From Eledone cirrhosa (lineage: Eukaryota), in assembly GCA_964016885.1 (NCBI GenBank), contig OZ024754.1:22382001-22446000 (forward strand): 64,000 nucleotides of DNA. The letters are read 5' to 3'. The notes under the pieces were generated by a model, which was not told the DNA's origin, ran no database searches, and was given only the letters and a program-made list of their open reading frames with translations. Positions 47,227-61,500 of the stretch are shown here, piece by piece; within the stretch, counting starts at the first letter, position 1; every line of letters begins with the position of its first letter. A program made the position numbers and the translations under genes.

Positions 47227-50200
47227 AAATTCAATCTAAAGGGGGCCCACCAATTCCATACGCTCATTTCCATCGGCTGCAAGGAAATATGCTCATACAC
47301 GCATATAGAATAGATAATAATTTATAATAGAGTAGACAGCATCATAGATTACAAAGTTAGCATGTTCCGTAAAAACTTTATTAACTGTGAAGACAGTGGT
47401 CTATCTTCAGAAAAAAAACAACATCCAATAAAACTAGTTTTGCAATCAATTATTCACCAACAAAAATTCGTATGTACAACAAATCGTCCATCTAAAACTT
47501 TACTTTCACATTGGGGCACATCAATTGTTCTACAGTTTTAATTTGCGATGTTTTACTTTAGAAAATTTTTCAATCACGATGCTGAAGTCAATTTTTTCAG
47601 CCTATTCTCGCTCTATGTACATCAGTGTACATTCAACCACTCTTCACTCATGGTACTACGCAAATAATTCTTTATCAGTTTGAGCCTGCTGAAGGTTCGC
47701 TCAGCCTGCGCCGAGCTAACCGGAATAGTTATGAACATTTTGTATAAGGCAAACACGTTCGGATAGGCTCTATCTAAGTCATTAGAAATCATAAACGGAA
47801 CGATCTCAGAACTCAATATGGATTTATCTAAACACACTTCCTTGTAAAAATCTTTGAATGATAAATACTCGTCGAAGATAGTGTCATTTTCGATGTCACC
47901 CTCGTAGAATTTCACAAGATTATCGATTCTCTCTCTATTGCATGTGTTGTCGTCGCTGTGCGCCGGTATCAAGCACGAAAAATCCTTCACTAGATCGTGC
48001 AAGTCGGCAAAACGTTTGTTAAAGCTACTAATGATTCTATCTAAGATAGTGAAATAAACGTCCCGTTTAAAATGCTGACTCATCGTCTCATGGGGTTCGT
48101 CACTGGCATTTTCTTCATGAAAACGCTTCTTTCTTCTTTTCCGTTTTTCTGTTGTAAACTCTGGTTCAACTTGACATTGCTCGGCGAGATTTTTAGTGTC
48201 TGATAATGTTCGGTCAACATATTCATTTGAGCGGATGTCTTCAATTTCTTTTACTACATTTTTAATCATGACGTCCGCGGAATATAAGTTGATAGCCTCC
48301 TTCTGCAAATATTGTGAAACAGAATGCAGCTTTTTAAGTAAATTCTGAAAAAACTTCAACATGAAAATGAATTCAAACTTGCTCACATTTAGTAGCAAAC
48401 CTCTGGCCTCGGCTAATACTTTCGGAGCAGCGTTGTGAACATCCCCACTTATTATCCTCTCTAGTGCACTTATTACTGCCGGTAAGTTGTTAATGGTAGC
48501 CTCTACAGCCTGAATGTGACTAAACCAGCGCGTATCTGAGAGTCTTTTTAATGTTAATACCGTTGAAGTCAATAGTTTTTCTTGTTCTTCTTCGAGGATT
48601 TTCAGCCTTGGCAAGCTTGATGTTAAGAAAACATACAGGCTCTCCAATATACCCAAAAATGATTTACCATCCACTGACGATTGGCTAGCATCGATTAACA
48701 CCAGGTTCAGGTTATGAGCACAACAATGGACGTAAACAGCTTTTGAAGAGCATCTCTCTTTAACTCTAGCCTGAAGCCCAGAAATATGGCCGGACATATT
48801 CGACGCTCCGTCGTAAGCTTGTCCCCTAATATATTGAGCATCCAAGGATAGATCCTGGAAAAGAACTTTCACAAGCGTATCGTAAAATGATTCAATGGCT
48901 GCTGATTCTAGTTCACAAAACGACAAGAGATGCTCCTGTGCGTGGCCACTTTTCAATACATATCGCAGTGACACAGAGCATTGATCCTGATGCGAAATGT
49001 CTATTGTGGAATCGACGATGACTGAATAGTATTTTGCCGCTTTCACTTCCGTGATTATTTGTTGAGTACATTTGTTTGCCAAGCATTCTATGAATTCGTT
49101 TTGTAATTTTGGTCTTAAGTATATAGGCTGTCTTTTAGTGCGCCCAGGCGAGAATAAATGGCTTTCCAAGATCGTATCGTACTTGGTCATCAATTTCAAC
49201 AATTCAATAAAGTTTCCTTCATTTTCTGATTTGGCGCCAAGTCCAGCATATTCCCTGTGACCGCTGAAGGCCAGGCCTTGTTTTGCGAGAAATAACGTAC
49301 AATCAAGCAATCGCCTCAATATCTGGCGATTTCGTTCAATTCGCTTCTCTTCATGGATGAGGTTATCGATCACTGTTTTATCTGCATCCAAACGATATTT
49401 TGTCATGAAGTATTGCTTTTGTGCATTGATGTGAATGGCACTTTTCTCATGCTTGGCAATTTTTTCGATTCCCTTTTTGAAGTTTGCCATTCCATACTCT
49501 GGATTACCCCAAGTCTTCGAGTAAGATTCGGCATTTTTATCAGCAAACAGCCAACAACAAAAGCAATATAGTCTGTTAGATTCAGGAGTGTATACTAACC
49601 AGTGTCGGTCAACTTTATGGATTCCAGCACACTTTCTCTTGTACCAACTGATGTTGAATTTTCTGTGGTTCGAGTCGAGAGGGAAATCAGCAAAATTATC
49701 TTTCAATCCTGGCTGACAAGGACCAACGGCCATGAGGGCGCGAATTAGAGGTGTCGTCAATGGTCTGTCCTCGAAATGTTTCTGATCGCTTGGATACTTC
49801 TCTTGTAAATTCAACATTCATTCTACTGGCGCATACTCTGGGATTTGTTTTGCCAATGTAGTTTCCTCTGAATCATTTTCATTTTCAGATTCCGATACAG
49901 CCATTTTTCCCTCTATTGAGTTCGGATCCCCAGTTGGAACTACATCTTCAGTGACTACGATGGTTGTTGAGATAGTCGATGGATCTGAGGCATCTTCGAC
50001 GTCAGGTTCTCGCGACTCGCCAGTGCTTTTCTGTTTCTCCAGTTCATCTGACCAGACCGACTCGCCGGAAATTCCGGCAGTTACGTTGCTTTGGGATGCG
50101 TCACTACTTGTTGACGAAGACTGTTGACTTTTCAGAAAACTTGTGATTAGATGACATTTCTTTGCAGATTCTTCCGTGGCAGCTTGTCTAACTTCTAGTT

Positions 50201-51284
50201 TCTCTCCTCTTTGTTGCTCCAGTTTTGTAATTTTTTTTTAGGCAGCATTGTTAATGAGCACTATATTGACACTGTTTTCCAGTGGCTTTGTCTTAAAAAT
50301 AAATTCTTCCTTTTTCCTTTTTCTTTTTTTTATTTTATAAATCTTTAAGTGCCGAAATAGCTTGTGATTAGAAAGCCACTTCACTTACCGCATTTCTCTG
50401 GTCCTGGCAAAGTCGTTGGCTGGTTTTCTTCTCTTCCACATGTGTACGATCCAGCTCGCCGATCGCAGCCTCAAATCGCCCGTCTGTCTCAGTCCGATGA
50501 CCGCCGTAGAAGAGAAAGGGGCCTCTCAAGCTGAGGTCACATCTGCTCGCAAATACCAAATTGTTCTAAAATGTGACTAATGATAAAAAGTAACAACATA
50601 AATAAAAATATTATATATATGTTTTTCTATATATACACACAATATATAGATATATATATTTGTTTGTATATACTCATGCATAATTATACTTTTAATTAAA
50701 TATTAGGTTAAAACCCTGAGTATCGAGAATAACATAAGCATGTATTACAACATTTCAAACAAATAGAATAATATAGAATTTAGATATCAAATCATTTATT
50801 TATATTTACAAATCAAAGAATATAATAATCAGTTTTTAATGAGATCCCTGTGATTGATGCAAGGCTACTAATTTGTCAATGTTTAGTGTGAAAGCCTCTT
50901 CTTTCTATATCAAGGCGATTTTGACTTTTTGAAAGCAGATGCATCACCTGACTGAAACCTGACTCAACTAAATAAGATGTGGGGAAAGCAAGTAAAAAAA
51001 ATTTAACATTTTCATTCGACGGAATATTGTCTACACTTTTTTTTAGATGCAGTTGCCATTTTATCTGAAATATTATATTTTTTAAATAAACAAGAGATTG
51101 GTCTTAACTTCTAGTCTTATTAGAGATTAAGCGTTTTCTTTACGTTGTTGTAGTTAAGGATTCGTAATTACATGTGTAATAAGTTATGTGTTTCGAATTA
51201 TAGCCTAGGGGCCCCACCTAGACCGACAGGAAAGCTAGGGGGCGACCCCCCCCCCCCCCCCCGCCGCCGTTAGTTACGCCACTG
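47227..51284 (-). mobile_element. hAT DNA transposon (ZMYM1-like), one terminus visible
   Basis: Terminus CAGTGGCGTAACTA (reverse complement ending at 51284) with GGGGCCCC-type subterminal motifs near both ends; the matching TIR near 47227 appears lost. Confidence 0.8.
47622..49817 (-). pseudogene. hAT transposase, 731-aa open segment
   Basis: LYCFCC..H...H finger, LAKQGLAFSGH, VDSTIDISH, GQAYDGASNMSG, YVHCCAHNLNL, DTRW, PVSSAQAERTFSRLKLIKNYLRSTM; in-frame TGA just upstream (49818-49820) and an apparently frameshifted C-terminus. Confidence 0.88.
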
Positions 51285-52382
51285 ATCTCCAGCCTGTATT
51301 GGTTGGCCACTGGTATAAGAGGGAGTTTGTTGCTGCTGTCCTTAGGTTTCCCTCGTGCCTTGCTGTGGGCTCATCCGGGATCCTGGATAGCAAGGTGTCG
51401 AGATGTTTCTTGAAGACATCCACCTCCACACCATGGAGATCTCTCAGATCCCTTGGCAGCTTGTTGAAGAGTTGAGGGCCCTTGAATCCCAGGCTATTGC
51501 AATATCTGCTCCTTATTCTAGATGTGGAACACGGGACCTTTTGCACCACACAGTGACATCCTGTTCGACAGTTGGTCCAGCTCCCAATGCCAAAGTTTGG
51601 TGCTAGTCCCTCCAGGATTTTCCACATGTAGATCACTGCGTATCTCTCCCGTCTTTGTTCCAAGGAGTAGAGGTTCAGTTCTTTTAGCCTCTCCCAGTAG
51701 CTTATCTCCTTCATCATGGCAATCCTCTTGGTGTAGCTTCGCTGGATTGTCTCAAGCTCCGTGGTTAGTTTGACACTATGGGGTGACCACAACTGGGAGC
51801 AATAGTCCAGGTGGCTTAGGACAAATGTCCTCCATAGTGTCAACATGGTGTCTCGGTCTCTTGTCCGGAAAGTCTTCAAGATCCAGCCAACGAGTCGTCT
51901 GCTCATTGTCGCCACTTTCATGATGTGTGAGAAAAAAGATGCATCATTGCTCATGTCTATACCCAGGTCCCGTATCGATTTTGACACGGGGATATCGGTC
52001 CCTCCTGGTCCTGCATAACTGTGTTGTGCTGTGTTTGCAGGTTTGTATTGTAGGGCTTGGAATTTGCCAGCATTAAACTGCATGTTGTTTTCTTCCGCCC
52101 ATTTGTATATGGCATCTAGATCGTGTTGTAAAAGAGCAGCGTCAGCCGGGATTTTGATTGCCTGTGCTACCTTAGTGTCATCAGCATAGCTAGTGAGGGA
52201 TGTTGTTGTATGTACTACAGAGGGCATGTCTGAGAGAGGCACCAAAAACAGTAGTGGTCCCAGGACTGTCCCTTGGGGCACCCCACTTGTTATTGCTGTT
52301 TCCTTTGAGAGGGCCTCCTTTGCTGCGACTGTCTGGCTTCTGTCCTTTAAGAAGTCATGCAGCCACTCACCTACTTTTCCAG
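51285..52382 (-). pseudogene. CR1/L2-group LINE RT C-terminal portion
   Basis: VPQGTVLGPLLF, YADD, RDLGI, LDYCSQLWSP; paralogous to 24081-25190. Confidence 0.88.
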
Positions 52383-52400
52383 TATATATATATATATATA

Positions 52401-53691
52401 CAGGGTGCGGACGATATTTGTTCGCAAGATTACTGTCTAGGAAAAAATAACACAGTAGTTTTATATTTTAAGATATATTTATCAAACTTGGGTCAGTTTG
52501 TCTTCATGACTTGTTCTTTCGATCTCACTCGATAAACCCGGCATTGGCTTTGATGACGGCCTCAAGGCGGCCTCGGAATCGGCTACAGGCCTTTGTCACT
52601 GTGCCCCGACTTAGGCCCCTAAAAGCAGTTGTGATCCTGGCCTTCAGATCGTCTTTCGTATTGCAGCTAGATCTGTTGGTGTCTCGTTCCACTGCGCCCC
52701 ACACAAAGAAGTCGAGGGGTTGCAGTCAGGCGAGCTGGGAGGCCAGATGTCGGTGAAGTGTGGTCGACGAAGTTCTCTGACAGCCAGGCTTGGGTCTTTC
52801 AGCTGGTATGGCAGGGCGTTGCCACACGTACGGCCTTCCTGCAGCTACCTGGTCGATCCAGGGCTTTACTACTTTGCTCAGAACGTGGATGTAGCCATCG
52901 GTGTTCAGCTTCAGGCCCTCAGGGAAGAAGTGAGGTGGCATGACGTCACCTTCACTGCTGACGACACCTAAGACCAATGTTGTCGCTGGAAACTTTGCAT
53001 GACGCTGGGCACGTCTTTGGATGAGACAGCGAGCCACCTGTTGTTCTGGGAGTTGATCTTCTGGTCTTGGCAGAAGTTTTTCTCGTCGGAGAAAAATCAC
53101 AGCATGTCTGGCTCCAGTGGGTGTTTCAACTTGTTGATCAGCTTCTTTGCGTGCTTCAGTCGCTTTTCTTGCATTGCCTTTGACAGAAATTGTCCTTTCC
53201 TCATCTTGTATGAAACGTAGCGAATGTCTTCATGTACCACCAGCCTAATGAGCTTTTCATCCACGCCTTTCTCCCTTGCAATGGCACGCATTGACTTGCT
53301 AGGTTCATTGTTGATGATATCCTGAACTTCAGCGACGAACTCGGGCGTTCTGAAGGTGTCAGATCGTCGATCATGTGTTTTCCTCTCTGATGTTACTTCG
53401 TAGTCGAATCCTGAATCTTCCAATTCCTTTCTGACCTTTTCCACCATTCTCTTGCTGACGCTGAGAAAGTCTGAAATTTCCTTATTTGTCCTCCCGGTGC
53501 GGATTCCAAGAAGAACTCCGTGTCTCTTCCACCAATTTGGAGGTTCAAAATTATTCGTAATTAATTATTCTGAAAATATATAATGGAAATATAGTCACTG
53601 TTTTTATGAAGACAAGAGTGACAACGGAAGTAAAAAAAAATTGCATAAAATTAGCAGTTGAAAATTGCGAACAAATATTGTCCACACCCTG
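52401..53691 (-). mobile_element. Tc1/mariner transposon (maT/DD37D-like), frameshifted
   Basis: 27-bp imperfect TIRs CAGGGTGCGGACGATATTTGTTCGCAA / TTGCGAACAAATATTGTCCACACCCTG in TA runs; FSDEK, LGVVSSEG, SPDCNPLDFFVW motifs. Confidence 0.9.
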
Positions 53692-53693
53692 TA

Positions 53694-53747
<54 letters not shown>

Positions 53748-54222
53748 TATATGAACTTTATATATATAAAGGATTGATCGATTTTTGTCAAATCAGACCA
53801 AGAAAACAATGTTTTCATCGGTCTTTCCAGTTGTTAGTAGTATCTATTGGTCGCAACTCCAGGTAGGAGCAACGTGAAATAAAGTGTCTTGCTCAAGGAC
53901 ATAACGCATCGCCTGGTCCAGGAATAGAACTCACAACCTCAAGATTGTGAATCCAATTCTCTAACCATTCAGCCACACGTCTTCATATATATATATAAGT
54001 AAACTTTTCAAACTTTACACATGCAATACTTATGGTCGTGTGAGTGTTTTGAGCAAAAATATTTCAAATTTTGAATGCCCTAGGGACCTCATTAGGCGCC
54101 GGTTAGCGCTCTCTCTATCTTTCTTAGTCTGTCTTTTTAGATTGATACATAGCTATAACGTCGCGCCCTTATAATATGTCTGTATGTCGGGCTGTCTGCA
54201 TTACGACATTATGACACTATTT

Positions 54223-54258
<36 letters not shown>

Positions 54259-55318
54259 CAGGGGTCGGCAGCCTGCGGGCCACATCCGGCCCTCGAGTGA
54301 TTTTTGTCCGGCCCGCCATCTTACACTGGACACTAATTATCTAATTAGTATCGAATACAGATACAGTAGTTCACTTCAAAGTTGTGCCGACCTGATGCCC
54401 ATCACAAATCACTGCTCATACCGTATATATTTACAGATACCTTTGTAACCTTATTATATTTTCCATTTATTATTATTTCCTCTTATCCATCTTTTTCTGG
54501 GCTTTCCGCCAAGCATTATATCACCTGTATTAAGCATTATATCACCTGTATTATCATTTCCTGTGATTTCCTGTATGTGTTTTTGTTCCAGTCAACAAAC
54601 ACAAATGTTCGCAGGAAGTATGCATTTTCGTCAGCGACTGGAATGTATACTACCTTACGGTTCGCATGACTCACTTTTATACCCATATTATCATTCAATA
54701 AAATCACTCGTGAATTATTGTCGTCTTCGCCGGCACAAGGTAAAGCTGTCCTTGGAAAAATTACTTTGTTCCCTCCTCCCCAGAGTATTTTCATTTGAGT
54801 TTGTTGTCTGGTGGCAACCCTGATCTAACAACATCGTTAGAAACCTGGTTTTATATAATTTATTCACAATTATCATATTTTATCGCATTATTTTATCGGT
54901 GGATTGGCAGTATTGGTAGAGGGTCGGACGCCATGCTTTGACGTATAGAGTTACGGCCCTTGCCATTCTGAGTTCAAATCCTGCGAAAGTTAACTTTACC
55001 TTTCATCCTTACGGGGTCGATAAAATAAAGTACCAGTAATGCACTGGGTAATTGCTGGCCTTGTGCCTAACGTAGAAACAATTATTGTATTTGCATTTAC
55101 ATTTGTTTTCATTGTTTCTTATTTCTTCATTCTGATTATTATACTTTTTGTTCTTTTTCCTTTCCATAAATCTTTTTTGTTTGAACAAAAACAAGCCCTT
55201 GGAAGCTAAGAAAAGAAAAGTGGATTTGGAGTGCCGAACTTTTAACGATGGCTGGACACTTAGCTATTTTTTCATTAAGCACTTCGGAAAATGTATTTGC
55301 TTAATTTGTCAAGAAAAT
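54259..55318 (+). mobile_element. hAT-Charlie/SPIN-like transposon 5' fragment
   Basis: Terminus CAGGGGTCGGCAGCCTGCGGGCC; N-terminal KKRKVDLECRTFNDGWT.YFF...CICLICQE. Confidence 0.75.
54898..55087 (+). mobile_element. SINE family A
   Basis: Full copy. Confidence 0.85.
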
Positions 55319-55586
55319 GGAGATGCACGGCTTAGTGGTTAGAGCATTGGCCTTGCAATCGAAAGGTTGTGAGTTCAATTCTCAGACCGGGTGATGTGTT
55401 GTTTCCTTGAGCAAGACACTTTATTTCACATTGCTCCAGTTTACTCAGCTGTAGAAATGAGATGATAGGGACTGGGGTCCATATCATTCCACTGTAAAGT
55501 GGACGTGGAGGAGCCACGGAAAAAAGCAGCCAGCACTCACTGTAAATGAGGTTGGTGTTAGGGAGGGCATCCAGCTGTAGAAATCA
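55319..55586 (+). mobile_element. SINE family B, 3' end replaced or interrupted by the minisatellite
   Basis: Head and core up to CCAGCTGTAGAAATCA, where the array starts. Confidence 0.85.
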
Positions 55587-58500
55587 GTGGTGGTGACAAT
55601 AGTGGTGGTGACAATAGTGGTGTTGATGATAGTGATGCTGATGATAGTGGTGTTGACGATAGTGATGTTGATGATAGTGGTGTTGACAATAGTGGTGGTG
55701 ACAATAGTGGTGGTGACAATAGTGGTGTTGATGATAGTGATGCTGATGATAGTGGTGTTGACGATAGTGATGTTGATGATAGTGGTGTTGACAATAGTGG
55801 TGGTGACAATAGTGGTGTTGATGATAGTGATGCTGATGATAGTGGTGTTGACGATAGTGATGTTGATGATAGTGGTGTTGACAATAGTGGTGGTGACAAT
55901 AGTGGTGGTGACAATAGTGGTGTTGATGATAGTGGTGTTGACGATAGTGATGTTGATGATAGTGGTGTTGACAATAGTGGTGGTGACAATAGTGGTGGTG
56001 ACAATAGTGGTGTTGATGATAGTGATGCTGATGATAGTGGTGTTGACGATAGTGATGTTGATGATAGTGGTGTTGACAATAGTGGTGGTGACAATAGTGG
56101 TGTTGATGATAGTGGTGTTGACGATAGTGATGTTGATGATAGTGGTGTTGACAATAGTGGTGGTGACAATAGTGGTGGTGACAATAGTGGTGTTGACGAT
56201 AGTGGTGTTGACAATAGTGGTGGTGACAATAGTGGTGATGACAATAGTGGTGATGACAATAGTGGTGGTGACAATAGTGGTGTTGATGATAGTGGTGGTG
56301 ACAATGGTGATGTTGACAATAGTGGTGATGACAATAGTGGTGGTGACAATAGTGGTGTTGACGATAGTGATGTTGATGATAGTGGTGGTGACAATAGTGG
56401 TGATGACAATAGTGGTGGTGACAATAGTGGTGGTGACAATAGTGGTGGTGACAATAGTGGTGGTGACAATAGTGGTGGTGACAATAGTGGTGTTGACATT
56501 AGTGATGTTGATGATAGTGGTGGTGACAATAGTGGTGGTGACAATAGTGGTGATGACAATGGTGGTGTTGACAATAGTGGTGGTGACAATAGTGGTGGTG
56601 ACAATAGTGGTGATGACAATGGTGATGTTGACAATAGTGGTGTTGACAATAGTGGTGATGACAATAGTGGTGGTGACGATAGTGGTGTTGATGATAGTGG
56701 TGTTGATGATAGTGGTGGTAACAATGGTGATGTTGACAATAGTGGTGATGACAATAGTGGTGGTGACAATAGTGGTGGTGACAATAGTGGTGGTGACGAT
56801 AGTGCTGGTGACAATAGTGATGGTGACAATGGTGGTGGTGACAATAGTGGTGGTGACAATAGTGGTGGTGACAATAGTGGTGGTGACAATAGTGATGGTG
56901 ACAATAGTGATGTTGACAATAGTGGTGGTGACAATAGTGGTGGTGACAATAGTGGTGGTGACAATAGTGGTGGTGACAATAGTGGTGGTGACAATAGTGG
57001 TGTTGACAATAGTGGTGGTGACAATAGTGGTGATGACAATAGTGGTGATGACAATAGTGGTGGTGACAATAGTGGTGATTACAATAGTGGTGGTGACAAT
57101 AGTGGTGGTGACAATAGTGGTGATGACAATAGTGGTGATGACAATAGTGGTGATTACAATAGTGGTGGTGACAATAGTGGTGATTACAATAGTGGTGGTG
57201 ACAATAGTGGTGTTGACAATAGTGGTGTTGACAATAGTGGTGGTGACAATAGTGGTGATGACAATAGTGGTGGTGACAATAGTGGTGTTGACAATAGTGG
57301 TGATGACAATAGTGATTACAATAGTGGTGGTGACAATAGTGGTGTTGACAATAGTGGTGGTGACAATAGTGGTGATGACAATAGTGGTGTTGACAATAGT
57401 GGTGGTGACAATAGTGGTGATGACAATAGTGGTGATGACAATAGTGGTGATTACAATAGTGGTGGTGACAATAGTGGTGTTGACAATAGTGGTGTTGACA
57501 ATAGTGGTGGTGACAATAGTGATGGTGACAATAGTGATGTTGACAATAGTGGTGGTGACAATAGTGGTGATGACAATAGTGGTGGTGACAATAGTGGTGT
57601 TGACAATAGTGGTGGTGACAATAGTGGTGTTGATGATAGTGGTGGTGACGATAGTGGTGATGACAATAGTGGTGATGACAATAGTGATGATGACAATAGT
57701 GGTGGTGACAATAGTGGTGGTGACAATAGTGGTGGTGACGATAGTGATGTTGATGATAGTGGTGGTGACAATAGTGGTGATGACAATAGTGGTGGTGACA
57801 ATAGTGGTGGTGACAATAGTGGTGGTGACAATAGTGGTGATGACAATAGTGGTGGTGACAATAGTGATGTTGATGATAGTGGTGGTGACAATAGTGATGG
57901 TGACAATAGTGGTGGTGACAATAGTGGTGATGACAATGGTGGTGTTGACAATAGTGGTGATGACAATAGTGGTGGTGACAATAGTGGTGGTGACAATAGT
58001 GGTGATGACAATGGTGATGTTGACAATAGTGGTGTTGACAATAGTGGTGTTGACAATAGTGGTGGTGACGATAGTGGTGTTGATGATAGTGGTGTTGATG
58101 ATAGTGGTGGTAACAATGGTGATGTTGACAATAGTGGTGATGACAATAGTGGTGGTGACAATAGTGGTGGTGACGATAGTGCTGGTGACAATAGTGATGG
58201 TGACAATGATGGTGGTGACAATAGTGGTGGTGACAATAGTGGTGGTGACAATAGTGGTGATGACAATAGTGGTGATGACAATAGTGGTGATTACAATAGT
58301 GGTGGTGACAATAGTGGTGATTACAATAGTGGTGGTGACAATAGTGGTGTTGACAATAGTGGTGGTGACAATAGTGGTGATGACAATAGTGGTGGTGACA
58401 ATAGTGGTGTTGACAATAGTGGTGATGACAATAGTGGTGATGACAATAGTGGTGATTACAATAGTGGTGGTGACAATAGTGGTGGTGACAATAGTGGTGA

Positions 58501-61500
58501 TGACAATAGTGGTGGTGACAATAGTGGTGGTGACGATAGTGCTGGTGACAATAGTGATGGTGACAATGATGGTGGTGACAATAGTGGTGGTGACAATAGT
58601 GGTGGTGACAATAGTGGTGATGACAATAGTGGTGATGACAATAGTGGTGATTACAATAGTGGTGGTGACAATAGTGGTGATTACAATAGTGGTGGTGACA
58701 ATAGTGGTGTTGACAATAGTGGTGTTGACAATAGTGGTGGTGACAATAGTGGTGATGACAATAGTGGTGGTGACAATAGTGGTGTTGACAATAGTGGTGA
58801 TGACAATAGTGGTGATGACAATAGTGGTGATTACAATAGTGGTGGTGACAATAGTGGTGGTGACAATAGTGGTGATGACAATAGTGGTGGTGACAATAGT
58901 GGTGTTGACAATAGTGGTGATGACAATAGTGGTGATGACAATAGTGGTGATGACAATAGTGGTGATTACAATAGTGGTGGTGACAATAGTGGTGTTGACA
59001 ATAGTGGTGGTGACAATAGTGGTGATGACAATAGTGGTGGTGACAATAGTGGTGGTGACAATAGTGGTGGTGACAATAGTGATGGTGACAATAGTGGTGG
59101 TGACAATAGTGGTGATGACAATAGTGGTGGTGACAATAGTGGTGTTGACAATAGTGGTGGTGACAATAGTGGTGTTGACGATAGTGGTGATGACAATAGT
59201 GATGATGACAATAGTGGTGGTGACAATAGTGGTGGTGACAATAGTGGTGTTGACAATAGTGGTGGTGACAATAGTGATGTTGACAATAGTGGTGGTGACA
59301 ATAGTGATGTTGACAATAGTGGTGGTGACAATAGTGGTGGTGACAATAGTGGTGGTGACGATAGTGGTGGTGACAATAGTGGTGATGACAATAGTGGTGG
59401 TGACAATAGTGGTGTTGACAATGGTGGTGGTGACAATAGTGGTGGTGACAATAGTGGTGATGACAATAGTGGTGGTGACAATGGTGGTGGTAACAATAGT
59501 TATGTTGACAATAGTGGTGGTGACAATAGTGGTGGTGACAATAGTGATGTTGACAATAGTGATGTTGACAATAGTGGTGATGACAATGGTGGTGTTGACA
59601 ATAGTGGTGATGACAATAGTGGTGGTGACAATAGTGGTGTTGATGATAGTGGTGGTGACAATAGTGGTGGTGACAATAGTGGTGGTGACAATGGTGGTGG
59701 TGACAATAGTGGTGTTGACAATAGTGGTGGTGACAATAGTGGTGATGACAATAGTGGTGGTGACAATAGTGGTGTTGACAATAGTGGTGATGACAATAGT
59801 GATTACAATAGTGGTGGTGACAATAGTGGTGTTGACAATAGTGGTGGTGACAATAGTGGTGATGACAATAGTGGTGTTGACAATAGTGGTGGTGACAATA
59901 GTGGTGATGACAATAGTGGTGATGACAATAGTGGTGATTACAATAGTGGTGGTGACAATAGTGGTGTTGACAATAGTGGTGTTGACAATAGTGGTGGTGA
60001 CAATAGTGATGGTGACAATAGTGATGTTGACAATAGTGGTGGTGACAATAGTGGTGATGACAATAGTGGTGGTGACAATAGTGGTGTTGACAATAGTGGT
60101 GGTGACAATAGTGGTGTTGATGATAGTGGTGGTGACGATAGTGGTGATGACAATAGTGGTGATGACAATAGTGATGATGACAATAGTGGTGGTGACAATA
60201 GTGGTGGTGACAATAGTGGTGGTGACGATAGTGATGTTGATGATAGTGGTGGTGACAATAGTGGTGATGACAATAGTGGTGGTGACAATAGTGGTGGTGA
60301 CAATAGTGGTGGTGACAATAGTGGTGATGACAATAGTGGTGGTGACAATAGTGATGTTGATGATAGTGGTGGTGACAATAGTGATGGTGACAATAGTGGT
60401 GGTGACAATAGTGGTGATGACAATGGTGGTGTTGACAATAGTGGTGATGACAATAGTGGTGGTGACAATAGTGGTGGTGACAATAGTGGTGATGACAATG
60501 GTGATGTTGACAATAGTGGTGTTGACAATAGTGGTGTTGACAATAGTGGTGGTGACGATAGTGGTGTTGATGATAGTGGTGTTGATGATAGTGGTGGTAA
60601 CAATGGTGATGTTGACAATAGTGGTGATGACAATAGTGGTGGTGACAATAGTGGTGGTGACGATAGTGCTGGTGACAATAGTGATGGTGACAATGATGGT
60701 GGTGACAATAGTGGTGGTGACAATAGTGGTGGTGACAATAGTGGTGATGACAATAGTGGTGATGACAATAGTGGTGATTACAATAGTGGTGGTGACAATA
60801 GTGGTGATTACAATAGTGGTGGTGACAATAGTGGTGTTGACAATAGTGGTGGTGACAATAGTGGTGATGACAATAGTGGTGGTGACAATAGTGGTGTTGA
60901 CAATAGTGGTGATGACAATAGTGGTGATGACAATAGTGGTGATTACAATAGTGGTGGTGACAATAGTGGTGGTGACAATAGTGGTGATGACAATAGTGGT
61001 GGTGACAATAGTGGTGGTGACGATAGTGCTGGTGACAATAGTGATGGTGACAATGATGGTGGTGACAATAGTGGTGGTGACAATAGTGGTGGTGACAATA
61101 GTGGTGATGACAATAGTGGTGATGACAATAGTGGTGATTACAATAGTGGTGGTGACAATAGTGGTGGTGACAATAGTGGTGGTGACAATAGTGGTGTTGA
61201 CAATAGTGGTGGTGACAATAGTGGTGATGACAATAGTGGTGGTGACAATAGTGGTGTTGACAATAGTGGTGATGACAATAGTGGTGATGACAATAGTGGT
61301 GATTACAATAGTGGTGGTGACAATAGTGGTGGTGACAATAGTGGTGATGACAATAGTGGTGGTGACAATAGTGGTGTTGACAATAGTGGTGATGACAATA
61401 GTGGTGATGACAATAGTGGTGATGACAATAGTGGTGATTACAATAGTGGTGGTGACAATAGTGGTGTTGACAATAGTGGTGGTGACAATAGTGGTGATGA

